From NCBI GenBank assembly GCA_963736115.1, contig CAVTNR010000027.1, forward strand, positions 64,001 to 128,000: a stretch of 64,000 nucleotides of DNA, in the 5' to 3' direction. Each line of letters begins with the position of its first letter. The stretch's first letter is position 1. Positions 52,510-60,093 of the stretch are shown here, piece after piece. Position numbers and translations under genes: made by a program. The notes beneath the pieces were generated by a model. It made no database searches, was not told the origin of the DNA, and saw only the letters and a list, made by a program, of their open reading frames with translations. Origin of the DNA: an uncultured bacterium (GTDB lineage Bacteria > Zhuqueibacterota > QNDG01 > DTFT01).

Positions 52510-53178
52510 TCATTGCGCCAAGCGCGTTACAGCATTCGTTAAATCCGGTTTTCTTTGATTTGAATCGATCTCATTGAATTCGGTCGCTATAAAAATATAT
52601 CCTAAATCATCTTTGCCCAGGAACAGAATGAATAATTGAAGCTCCCCGCCGCAAGCGGCGGGGAATCTTCTATCTGTAGAGAAGAGACATCTGATATTCG
52701 CTCGCTTACCCCGCGGCAAGCCGCGGGGAATGCGCTCGCTGTCAGATTCAATTGCATCATTTCTACCCAGGTTGCGGTTGATGTGCGGTAAAAGCTTCTC
52801 CTGAACGGGGATCCAATGCACGTTCATGCCTTCCGTTACCTTGATTTCCTGCCGATAGAGAGACGCGAGAGTCGGTTCGATTTGGAGTGTTTGCACCCAC
52901 AATTTGATGACGTTTTTTCTGTTTCCGGAAATGGGTCTCCGAACGGCTGTGTAGTTGCATGAAACCCGATACTTTGCAGTCTGACACTCAATTTCAACTC
53001 GTTCAAGGGTTTTTTTCTGTGCCGCTGGATAGACTGAGTGATTCCGTTCTTCCGTGATTATGTCCTGTAACGTTGTTTCGATGTATGAGGCGTAATTGAA
53101 CTCCGCCGATCCACAGGCCGTCCAAGCCCACAAAACAATAACCGTGGCGATCGAAAACTTCCTTTTGTGTTGATTCAT
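52510..53178 (-). CDS. Hypothetical exported protein carrying an in-frame 37-aa insert
   Basis: Signal-like start MNQHKRKFSIATV; the ORF stays open through the 52641-52751 element. Confidence 0.7.
   Translation of the reverse strand: MNQHKRKFSIATVIVLWAWTACGSAEFNYASYIETTLQDIITEERNHSVYPAAQKKTLERVEIECQTAKYRVSCNYTAVRRPISGNRKNVIKLWVQTLQIEPTLASLYRQEIKVTEGMNVHWIPVQEKLLPHINRNLGRNDAIESDSERIPRGLPRGKRANIRCLFSTDRRFPAACGGELQLFILFLGKDDLGYIFIATEFNEIDSNQRKPDLTNAVTRLAQ
52641..52751 (+). mobile_element. 111-bp non-autonomous IS200/IS605-type element (PATE/MITE)
   Basis: Preceded by TTGAA; hairpins CCCCGCCGCAAGCGGCGGGG and CCCCGCGGCAAGCCGCGGGG; ends in TTCAA; precise removal restores ...AIQLFILF in frame without a target duplication. 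Confidence 0.8.
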
Positions 53179-53261
53179 TGGATCTTGCTCATGTTTGTTG
53201 TTTAAGAGAATGCCTGAATATTCCATGACATGATTTTTTTCTATTCGTTTCCGATCAGAGT

Positions 53262-53972
53262 TCATTCAGACTGAATCATAGCGATCCGATCAAGGGTCAC
53301 CAATGAACCGCTTTTCAGAAAAATCACGCTACCTCCCAACTGCAGAACTTTTTCAATGATCAGGTCGACCACGTCATCGATGACCTGCCAGAGGTTGACG
53401 TTCTTTGATACAATCAGGAGATGATCCTTTTTCCGAATACTGCCCCTCACATGAAAATCTTCCTCTACATATAGAATGGAACCTGCCGCCGTCTCTACGA
53501 ACCGACTGATGGCTTCGATTCCGTAAACGACTTTCTTGTTTTTGCCCGCCGCTTCCAGATCATGGATGGCGTTTTTATCAGTACCGGCAATCGCATCCTT
53601 AACGACGGGCCATACAATCTTTCCCAAATCGTGACTTGATGTAAGGGAGTAATCTCCTTCAACAGTGCCGAGGAAAGAGTCCATGTGAGCAGACAATGTT
53701 TTAATTTTATCGAGAAAACTCTTTTTACCGACTGCAACCCATCGAAGTGGATCTTGAAGGAAATAATGGGAAAATCGCCGATCCGTTTGACTGCAAATCT
53801 CCAGCAATTGGCTGTCATTGGAGGCTAACTTGATAGAATTGTCTAAATCGACTGAAATTTTAAATGGGAAATTCAGATTCTGAATATCAATGAGTTTTTC
53901 GCGAAATCCTTCATATAACCTGATTGTCCGTTCATTCAACGAAAGAACGTAATAATGAATGCTGGGCTTCAT
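53262..53972 (-). CDS. baeRF family 3-like protein (Balon-related), lacking N-terminal domain
   Basis: YYVLSLNERTIRLYEG..NFPF, VEGDY, ILYVEEDF, DDVVDLIIEKVLQLGGSVIF...RIAMI. Confidence 0.72.
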   Translation of the reverse strand: MKPSIHYYVLSLNERTIRLYEGFREKLIDIQNLNFPFKISVDLDNSIKLASNDSQLLEICSQTDRRFSHYFLQDPLRWVAVGKKSFLDKIKTLSAHMDSFLGTVEGDYSLTSSHDLGKIVWPVVKDAIAGTDKNAIHDLEAAGKNKKVVYGIEAISRFVETAAGSILYVEEDFHVRGSIRKKDHLLIVSKNVNLWQVIDDVVDLIIEKVLQLGGSVIFLKSGSLVTLDRIAMIQSE

Positions 53973-54084
53973 GTTAATTCTCGATTATTAAGTATTGCTA
54001 CTTTTTCCGATTTAGAATAATCCTGTCGATTATTCTTACCCAAACAATATTTCCATGGCAATAATTAATCATATTCAACCGCAA

Positions 54085-54131
54085 AAACAATCGGCCAAAG
54101 GATTGAAAAGAGAGCTAATTCATTCGATCAA
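54085..54131 (-). promoter_or_regulatory. Island motif copy 3 (more degenerate)
   Basis: Minus: TTGATC-GAAT-GAATTA-9nt-TCAATC-CTTT-GGCCGA-TTGTTT. Confidence 0.65.
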
Positions 54132-54379
54132 GTCTTAATTCATCCTGAAACGTTTTTTCTCGGGGAATGCGAATGAGTGAATGCGAGGAATACTGGAGTG
54201 CTGAACGAGCGAGGTTTGGACTGATCTGCAGAAAAAAATTTTCAAGCCATATTATACGGATCTCCGGATGCCTGACCCCTATCCGATTTTTCCGGGATTA
54301 ATCGACGGAATTGCCTGATTCTTTGAATCGGGATTCAGTGCTTTGATCATGATTATTTTTTAATGCGTGTTCCCTGCGT

Positions 54380-54466
54380 ACCGGGGCTCTCAATAATGAA
54401 TCATCGATTTGCATGGTCCGGCTCACCGGGCCTTCAATAATAAATCATCTAATCGCTTGGTCCGGC
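54380..54466. repeat. Imperfect ~43-bp tandem duplication downstream of kaiC
   Basis: ACCGGGGCTCTCAATAATGAATCATCGATTTGCATGGTCCGGC / ACCGGGCCTTCAATAATAAATCATCTAATCGCTTGGTCCGGC. Confidence 0.75.
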
Positions 54467-54494
54467 GCAGCCGGAAAAGCACTCGCTTTAAGTT

Positions 54495-56258
54495 TCAATG
54501 TCCGTTCGTTAATCGAATCGCTTTCTTATTCTGTGTTCTTTTTAGTATGTGATCTGAATCGCTTATCCTGCTTTTCGCCATTTTTATTTTAGATTGATCG
54601 ATACTGTCATTTCTTTGATTTTCAATTCCCATTTCCCTGATTGCTTCCGCTTCATCAGTCTCATATTCAGATCGCAAGAGAGCGATCTGTGCTTCCATCA
54701 CTTCACGTCTGCGTTTTAGACCGACTTTTTTTCTGACCATCTCCTGTTGTCGCAGTTCATGATCCGCATCATCCTTGATTTCCTGCGCCAATCGCGCCGA
54801 ACCCGTCAATACGCCTTCCGTTCCGACATAGACATCGAGCAGTTTGATTCCATGATCGGTCAGTCTGAACTCCCGAATCTGATTGGAATGCGCCATACCA
54901 CGCGATTTCAACACGTATAATCCCCGGTTCCGCTCTCCTCCAATTTCAATATCACGCAGCAACAGCCACGTATCGATCAGAGATGAAACATAAACATCGT
55001 TATTCTCGTCGTTATCGCCTGCGACAGTGAGACTGGTGAAGAACGCCGTGATTTTGTTCATTTTCAGGAAATCCACAAGACGCAGCAACATCGTCTTGAC
55101 CTCCGTCATATTGTCTCCCATGCCGAAAGCATTGATGGGATCGAGAATCACGATATCGGGTTTGAACCTGTTAATCAGCTTGATAATCGTCGTCAAGTGC
55201 GTTTCAAGTCCGTAAAGTGTGGGACGGGTCGCATGAAACTGCAGCAATCCTTTTTTAATCCAGGGTTCCAGATCGATCCCGATGGATCGCATATTACGCA
55301 CGAGCTGACCGGGCGATTCTTCAAAGGTGAAGAAGAGCGTTTTTTCCTTTCGTTTGCACGCAGACTGGACAAAATGCGCCGCGATGCTGGTCTTTCCCGT
55401 GCCTGCGGTTCCTGAAACGAGTACGGTGCTGGAGCGAAAGTAACCTTTTCCGGTGAGCATGGTATCTAGACGCGGAATTCCGGTGGAAATTCTTTCACGG
55501 GAGGAAGAGTAATTCAGGCCCAGTGAAGTGACGGGCAGAACCGAAAAACCGTCTTCATCGATGAGAAAAGGGTACTCGTTCGTTCCATGTGTGGATCCCC
55601 GGTACTTGACAATACGAAGCCGTCGTATCGAGGATTGATCATTCACGCGATGGTCCAGCAGAATGACGCAATCGGATACATACTCTTCCATTCCTTGTCG
55701 CGTCAGGGATCCCTCGCCCCGCTCAGCCGTCACGATGGTGGTGACGCCTTTCATCTTCAGCCAGCGGAATAAACGCCCCAATTCAATCCGTAGGATCTGG
55801 TCATTGGGCAGTGTGGAAAAGAGCGATTCCAGCGTATCCAGCACAACACGCTTCGCACCGATACTCTCAATGGCGTCATGGATCCTGACAAACAGACCTT
55901 TCAAGTCGGTTTCGCCGATTTGTCCTTTTTCGGCCCGTTCAATGTTCATGTGCACAACCCGGATCTTTTTACGGGCACTCAGGTCCTTCAAATCGAATCC
56001 CAAAGAGGCGGCGTTTTCCGCAAGTTCTTTCTCCGTTTCCTCGAATGAAATGAAAACGCCCGGTTCATGCTGCTGAATGGCACCCCGTACGAGAAACTCC
56101 ATCGCGAGGAGGGTTTTTCCGCATCCCGCTCCCCCGCAAACAAGCGTCGGTCTTCCCTTCGGTAATCCTCCGCCGGTGATTTCATCCAATCCTTCGATGT
56201 GGGTGGGAGATTTGGGAAGCATAGGACGTTGGACGGTTTTTTTTGTTTTATTCATCAC
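54495..56258 (-). CDS. kaiC: Circadian-clock-family ATPase/kinase KaiC (double domain)
   Basis: CI GGAGCGKT/FEE; CII GTAGTGKT/FEES; VKYRGSTH, KSRGMAHSNQIREF; phosphosite position VSSLID; C-terminal coiled coil. Confidence 0.95.
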   Translation of the reverse strand: MMNKTKKTVQRPMLPKSPTHIEGLDEITGGGLPKGRPTLVCGGAGCGKTLLAMEFLVRGAIQQHEPGVFISFEETEKELAENAASLGFDLKDLSARKKIRVVHMNIERAEKGQIGETDLKGLFVRIHDAIESIGAKRVVLDTLESLFSTLPNDQILRIELGRLFRWLKMKGVTTIVTAERGEGSLTRQGMEEYVSDCVILLDHRVNDQSSIRRLRIVKYRGSTHGTNEYPFLIDEDGFSVLPVTSLGLNYSSSRERISTGIPRLDTMLTGKGYFRSSTVLVSGTAGTGKTSIAAHFVQSACKRKEKTLFFTFEESPGQLVRNMRSIGIDLEPWIKKGLLQFHATRPTLYGLETHLTTIIKLINRFKPDIVILDPINAFGMGDNMTEVKTMLLRLVDFLKMNKITAFFTSLTVAGDNDENNDVYVSSLIDTWLLLRDIEIGGERNRGLYVLKSRGMAHSNQIREFRLTDHGIKLLDVYVGTEGVLTGSARLAQEIKDDADHELRQQEMVRKKVGLKRRREVMEAQIALLRSEYETDEAEAIREMGIENQRNDSIDQSKIKMAKSRISDSDHILKRTQNKKAIRLTNGH

Positions 56259-56431
56259 ATGCAGCCTTTCAGATTATCAATTTTTCAAAAACCATGGAAC
56301 ACTTTCCGTTTTCAATAAATCAATCAGTTGTCAATCGACACGTCGTCACAAGCGCGAATATGACCCATTCCCATCAAAACAAGACTGTTTTCCCACATCA
56401 CATGGATCAATCTTCATAAAAACAACGATAA

Positions 56432-56478
56432 AATCAATACTCCAGAAGCATGAAAAAGGGTCTAATCCCAAAGGATGA
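56432..56478 (-). promoter_or_regulatory. Island motif copy 4 (kaiC promoter)
   Basis: Minus: TCATCC-TTTG-GGATTA-9nt-TCATGC-TTCT-GGAGTA-TTGATT. Confidence 0.78.
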
Positions 56479-56619
56479 TTGATTTATCACTGCGATGGAT
56501 AAAGGCTTCGGTGTAATCGTGCAATAAATTGGAGGAGGGAGTGTGAGCGAGAAGATTTGGAGGTTAAAATAGCGTAATGATGGGTTGGTGAGGGGCAATT
56601 GAGAAGTAGGTGAATAGGA

Positions 56620-57276
56620 TCAGCCGGATCCATCCTTGCGGACAAAGGCGGCTATCTGCAGTCGGGTGTTGAGTTCCAATTTTTCCAGAATGTTGTGCAC
56701 ATGGCTCTTGACTGTGAAAGTGGCGATGTTCAGGCGTTCGGCGATTTCCTTGTTGCTCAGGCCCTCCGCGATTAAACCGACTATTTCATGTTCCCGATTC
56801 GTAAACTGGATGGATTTGGAAGGGATCTCTTTTCCTTCCCTGATCGCGGTCTCTATAATCTGACTGAACAGGGATTGGGTCAGGCGCGGCGGAAGCACCT
56901 TCTCGCCGCTTGCGACGGTTTTAATCGTTTTTTTCCAATCATCCCAGGGGGCGTTTTTTAAAATGAATCCGGATCCCCCGGCTTTTACGAATTCGACGAT
57001 GTCCACATGGTCGGGAAGGATATCCATTGCGATGACCTTCGCATCCGACACTTCTTCCCGAAGCAGGGACATCAATTTCAGGCTGTTCTCTTTTTCCAGA
57101 CCGAGGTCCAACAGAATGATATCGGGTTGTTTTTTCATCTTCTTCATCTGCACTATGGAATCGCCGTCTTCGGATTGCGCAACGACCTCGAAATCGTCGT
57201 GTTTATTGAGCATACCTGCGATGCCCTCACGCAGAAGGCGGTTATCCTCAATCAATAAAATCCGAATTTTCCCCAT
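56620..57276 (-). CDS. NarL/LuxR-family response regulator
   Basis: REC domain IEDN, PDIILLDLG, GFILK; HTH TNREHEIVGLIAEGLSNKEIA...TVKSHVHNILEKL. Confidence 0.95.
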   Translation of the reverse strand: MGKIRILLIEDNRLLREGIAGMLNKHDDFEVVAQSEDGDSIVQMKKMKKQPDIILLDLGLEKENSLKLMSLLREEVSDAKVIAMDILPDHVDIVEFVKAGGSGFILKNAPWDDWKKTIKTVASGEKVLPPRLTQSLFSQIIETAIREGKEIPSKSIQFTNREHEIVGLIAEGLSNKEIAERLNIATFTVKSHVHNILEKLELNTRLQIAAFVRKDGSG

Positions 57277-57301
57277 CTGAAAACCAGTCTAAGATATTAA
57301 A

Positions 57302-57332
57302 AATTATGGAATTATGGAATTATGGAATTATG
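57302..57332. repeat. 8-bp tandem repeat (AATTATGG) x ~3.9
   Basis: AATTATGG AATTATGG AATTATGG AATTATG, 26 nt upstream of the regulator start. Confidence 0.9.
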
Positions 57333-57462
57333 CCGGTGAATTTTTATGAAATATATTTTATATTGACGGATTTAATATAAGACAAATGGCGTTATTTATC
57401 AAGAAAAAAAATGAACCGCTTGATGCAACCAATCAACCCAAGACATTGATTTTCAATGCTCT

Positions 57463-57493
57463 GAAAAGGAAAAACCCGCCTTCCGCGGGTTTC
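57463..57493 (-). terminator. Intrinsic terminator after radical SAM gene
   Basis: AAACCCGC/GCGGGTTT stem followed by TTCCTTTTC on the minus strand. Confidence 0.7.
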
Positions 57494-57522
57494 CATTTCA
57501 TTATTCCGATAATGAAAAATTG

Positions 57523-58977
57523 TTATATCGTCGCTCGAACGGCGTCATCGTCCAGCAGAACGCTTTCCTGGTAGTCGATCTGTATCCGGGCTTCTTTCTT
57601 GGGCCGGGATAGGTCCATGACTTTCATAAAAGTCCTGTTCTTTCTGTTCCAGTTCCGGTTCAGCTGACGGGCGTATACGACGATCCCGAAATCCTCCCAT
57701 GCGAAAGTCAGTGCCCGTCGAATCATCTCGAAAACGGAATAAAAACTCGAATGACTGAAAATCTGAGCGCGCTGGAGATCGAAAAGCGAGAGCAGGCGGG
57801 GGCGGAACACGGCATGGTGCGCGTCGTACAGGGACCAGTCATTGAACTGGATGCGGTTCTCGCATTTCACCTGTTCGTAGAACTCGGATCCGGGCAGGGG
57901 CGTGAGAATCATGAACTGCGTGGACGACAGCCGCGCCTTCTTGGCGAACCGGACCGTCTCCTTCACCGTCCTCCAGTCGTCCGAATCGAAGCCGTATACG
58001 AACATACCGTGCACGTGTATGCGCCTGCGTCTCAACTCGCGGACCGCCCGGGCCATGTCCTCGACGGTCTGCTGTTTCTTCATGGATTCCAGGCTTTTGG
58101 GATTCACGGATTCCATGCCGATGAACAGCGTGTGGCAGCCGGCTCTTTTCATGAGATCCACCAGCTCAAGGTCTCGCGCCACATCCGCGCGGACCTGGGT
58201 GGACCACTTGAAGGTGAATTTCTCCTCGATCATCCGCCTCAGGAGCGCCTTGGCCCTTCGGGGATCGGCGGTGAAATTGTCGTCATAGAAAAAAACATAA
58301 TGGTTCCGGCCGTTGTACTGCCTCAGCTCATCGATGACGTTTTCAGCGGACCGGAACCGGTATTTCTTGCCGAATAGGCCCGTGACGGAGCAGAAGGAAC
58401 AGTGAAAGGGACAGCCACGCGAGGTCTGAACCGGAACGATCATCTTGCCGGCGATACGCCTGGGTTTTGACTTCATGAGAGAGAAATCGGGGAACGGTAT
58501 ATCGTCCAGCGGACGCGTCCGCGGCCGAATGGGCTGATGCACGTTCCTGCCGTCCACGTGCCGGGACAGCCCCGGAACCGCGGTCAGGTCCCCGTTTCCC
58601 GTCCATGCGGCGAGAAACAGCTCCATGGCCTCCTCCGCCTCGCCCCGGATCACGTAATCGGCGTGATCGAGCGCCTCATCCGCCAGAAAAGTGACATGCG
58701 GCCCGCCGAGGATGACAGGCACTCCCATGGCGCGGATCCGGTCCGCAATGGCATAGGCTCGCGGCGCCGTTGACGTGATGGTCGAAATGCCCACCAGGTC
58801 AGCGCCGCGGATCGACTCGAAATCGATCCGCTGACTCTGTTCGTGAATGACCTCGGCGTCCCATCCGGCCCGTTCGGCGATGGCGCCCAGAATGAACACG
58901 CCCAGCCGAGGGAGCGGAAACATCGAAAAGATGTGAAGATTCGGGGATTTCGGTTCAATCAGGATGATACTAGGCAT
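57523..58977 (-). CDS. B12-binding-domain radical SAM enzyme
   Basis: N-terminal cobalamin domain (DLVGIS, VILGGPH, GEAE); SRGCPFHCSFC (CxxxCxxC), FYDDNF, LTPLPGS. Confidence 0.93.
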   Translation of the reverse strand: MPSIILIEPKSPNLHIFSMFPLPRLGVFILGAIAERAGWDAEVIHEQSQRIDFESIRGADLVGISTITSTAPRAYAIADRIRAMGVPVILGGPHVTFLADEALDHADYVIRGEAEEAMELFLAAWTGNGDLTAVPGLSRHVDGRNVHQPIRPRTRPLDDIPFPDFSLMKSKPRRIAGKMIVPVQTSRGCPFHCSFCSVTGLFGKKYRFRSAENVIDELRQYNGRNHYVFFYDDNFTADPRRAKALLRRMIEEKFTFKWSTQVRADVARDLELVDLMKRAGCHTLFIGMESVNPKSLESMKKQQTVEDMARAVRELRRRRIHVHGMFVYGFDSDDWRTVKETVRFAKKARLSSTQFMILTPLPGSEFYEQVKCENRIQFNDWSLYDAHHAVFRPRLLSLFDLQRAQIFSHSSFYSVFEMIRRALTFAWEDFGIVVYARQLNRNWNRKNRTFMKVMDLSRPKKEARIQIDYQESVLLDDDAVRATI

Positions 58978-59692
58978 GCTTGGCCCTCTCTTCGGTTTCG
59001 CCGGACTTGGGATTCCTGCCCTTGAGCTGGAGTATTTCCTTCCGCTTCTTCTTGATCAGATCCTCCCAGCGTTCAATGCCTTTTTTAAACAGGTGGATTT
59101 TCGCGGAGAGGGCGTCGATCTCCCCCAGCATCAGATCGAGCCGTTCCTGCACATCCCGGCGCGAAGCGGTTTCAGGCCGGTCGCTGATGTCAAGAAACTC
59201 GCGGAAAAAATCGGAGACACCCTTGATCTCCTCAAGCGAGTATCCGAACAGCTGGAGATCCTTGATGAGGTGGCACAGATAAACCGTGATGTCGGGATAC
59301 AGGCGGAACCCGCCCTCGCTTCTCATCTCGGGCGCGAGTATGCCGATTTCCTCCCAATGTTTGAGGGTGCGCGGGCTGAGCCCGGCTTTCTCGGCCAATG
59401 TGCCCACGGTGAGATAATGATCGGGTTTTCCCGGCGCCGTTTTTCCCGACCCGGCTTTCGGAAGACCGACTTTGCGCACGATGCGGGTGATCTCCTCAAG
59501 GCCATACCCGAGTTCCAGGAGCTTCTGGATGTGTGCGATCTGCTGAACCGCCTCCTCCGTGTAAACCGGGGACTGGTCCTCGGTCATTCCGGCCGGACGG
59601 ATCAGCTTGAGACGTTCGAATTCGGAGAACCGGGCGCGGGGGATACTGAATTTCGCGGCCAATTCGTCCCGCAGATAGATTTTGTTTTTCAT
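58970..59692 (-). CDS. MerR-family regulator with two HTH domains
   Basis: Two units (…LGYGLEEI and …FGYSLEEI); TVGTLAEKAGLSPRTLKHWEEIGIL..RSEGGFRLY; overlaps the radical SAM start. Confidence 0.9.
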   Translation of the reverse strand: MKNKIYLRDELAAKFSIPRARFSEFERLKLIRPAGMTEDQSPVYTEEAVQQIAHIQKLLELGYGLEEITRIVRKVGLPKAGSGKTAPGKPDHYLTVGTLAEKAGLSPRTLKHWEEIGILAPEMRSEGGFRLYPDITVYLCHLIKDLQLFGYSLEEIKGVSDFFREFLDISDRPETASRRDVQERLDLMLGEIDALSAKIHLFKKGIERWEDLIKKKRKEILQLKGRNPKSGETEERAKHA

Positions 59693-59728
59693 CTGATACC
59701 TCTACGTATATTTACAAAATTTCATAAG

Positions 59729-59775
59729 TATACGTGAACGTACATGAATATAATTTACAAAAACACCAAAGTCAA
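59729..59775 (-). promoter_or_regulatory. merR promoter with LiuR-like palindrome
   Basis: TTGACT-17 nt-TATATT followed by the palindrome TATACGTGAACGTACA (59729-59744). Confidence 0.7.
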
Positions 59776-59985
59776 GTTTTTTTATTCTGCACCAATTCAC
59801 TTCCCAAAAGCTAATTTATTGTTTTTTATTTACTTAGTAGTTTCCGTAGTTACGCAATCCGGTTTCGAATTCAACGGGTCGGGAGCAGACATGCGAAGCC
59901 GGCCGTTCTCCTGCGATCAAACTGTTCGGCACGGAACCGACAAAGGCAAGTTGCGCCAAATGGTTATTTTATAAACAAAAGTGGC

Positions 59986-60014
59986 TTGATTTCAATTTAA
60001 TTTTTTCTTAATTT
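59986..60014 (+). promoter_or_regulatory. Sigma70-like promoter for ara operon
   Basis: TTGATT-17 nt-TAATTT upstream of araB. Confidence 0.5.
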
Positions 60015-60093
60015 TTTCAATTCCGATTGTGTTTTCATGTGCCATCAAGAAACGGGATCAAACCCGCTCATTTCAACTGCGTGAAAGGTTTTC

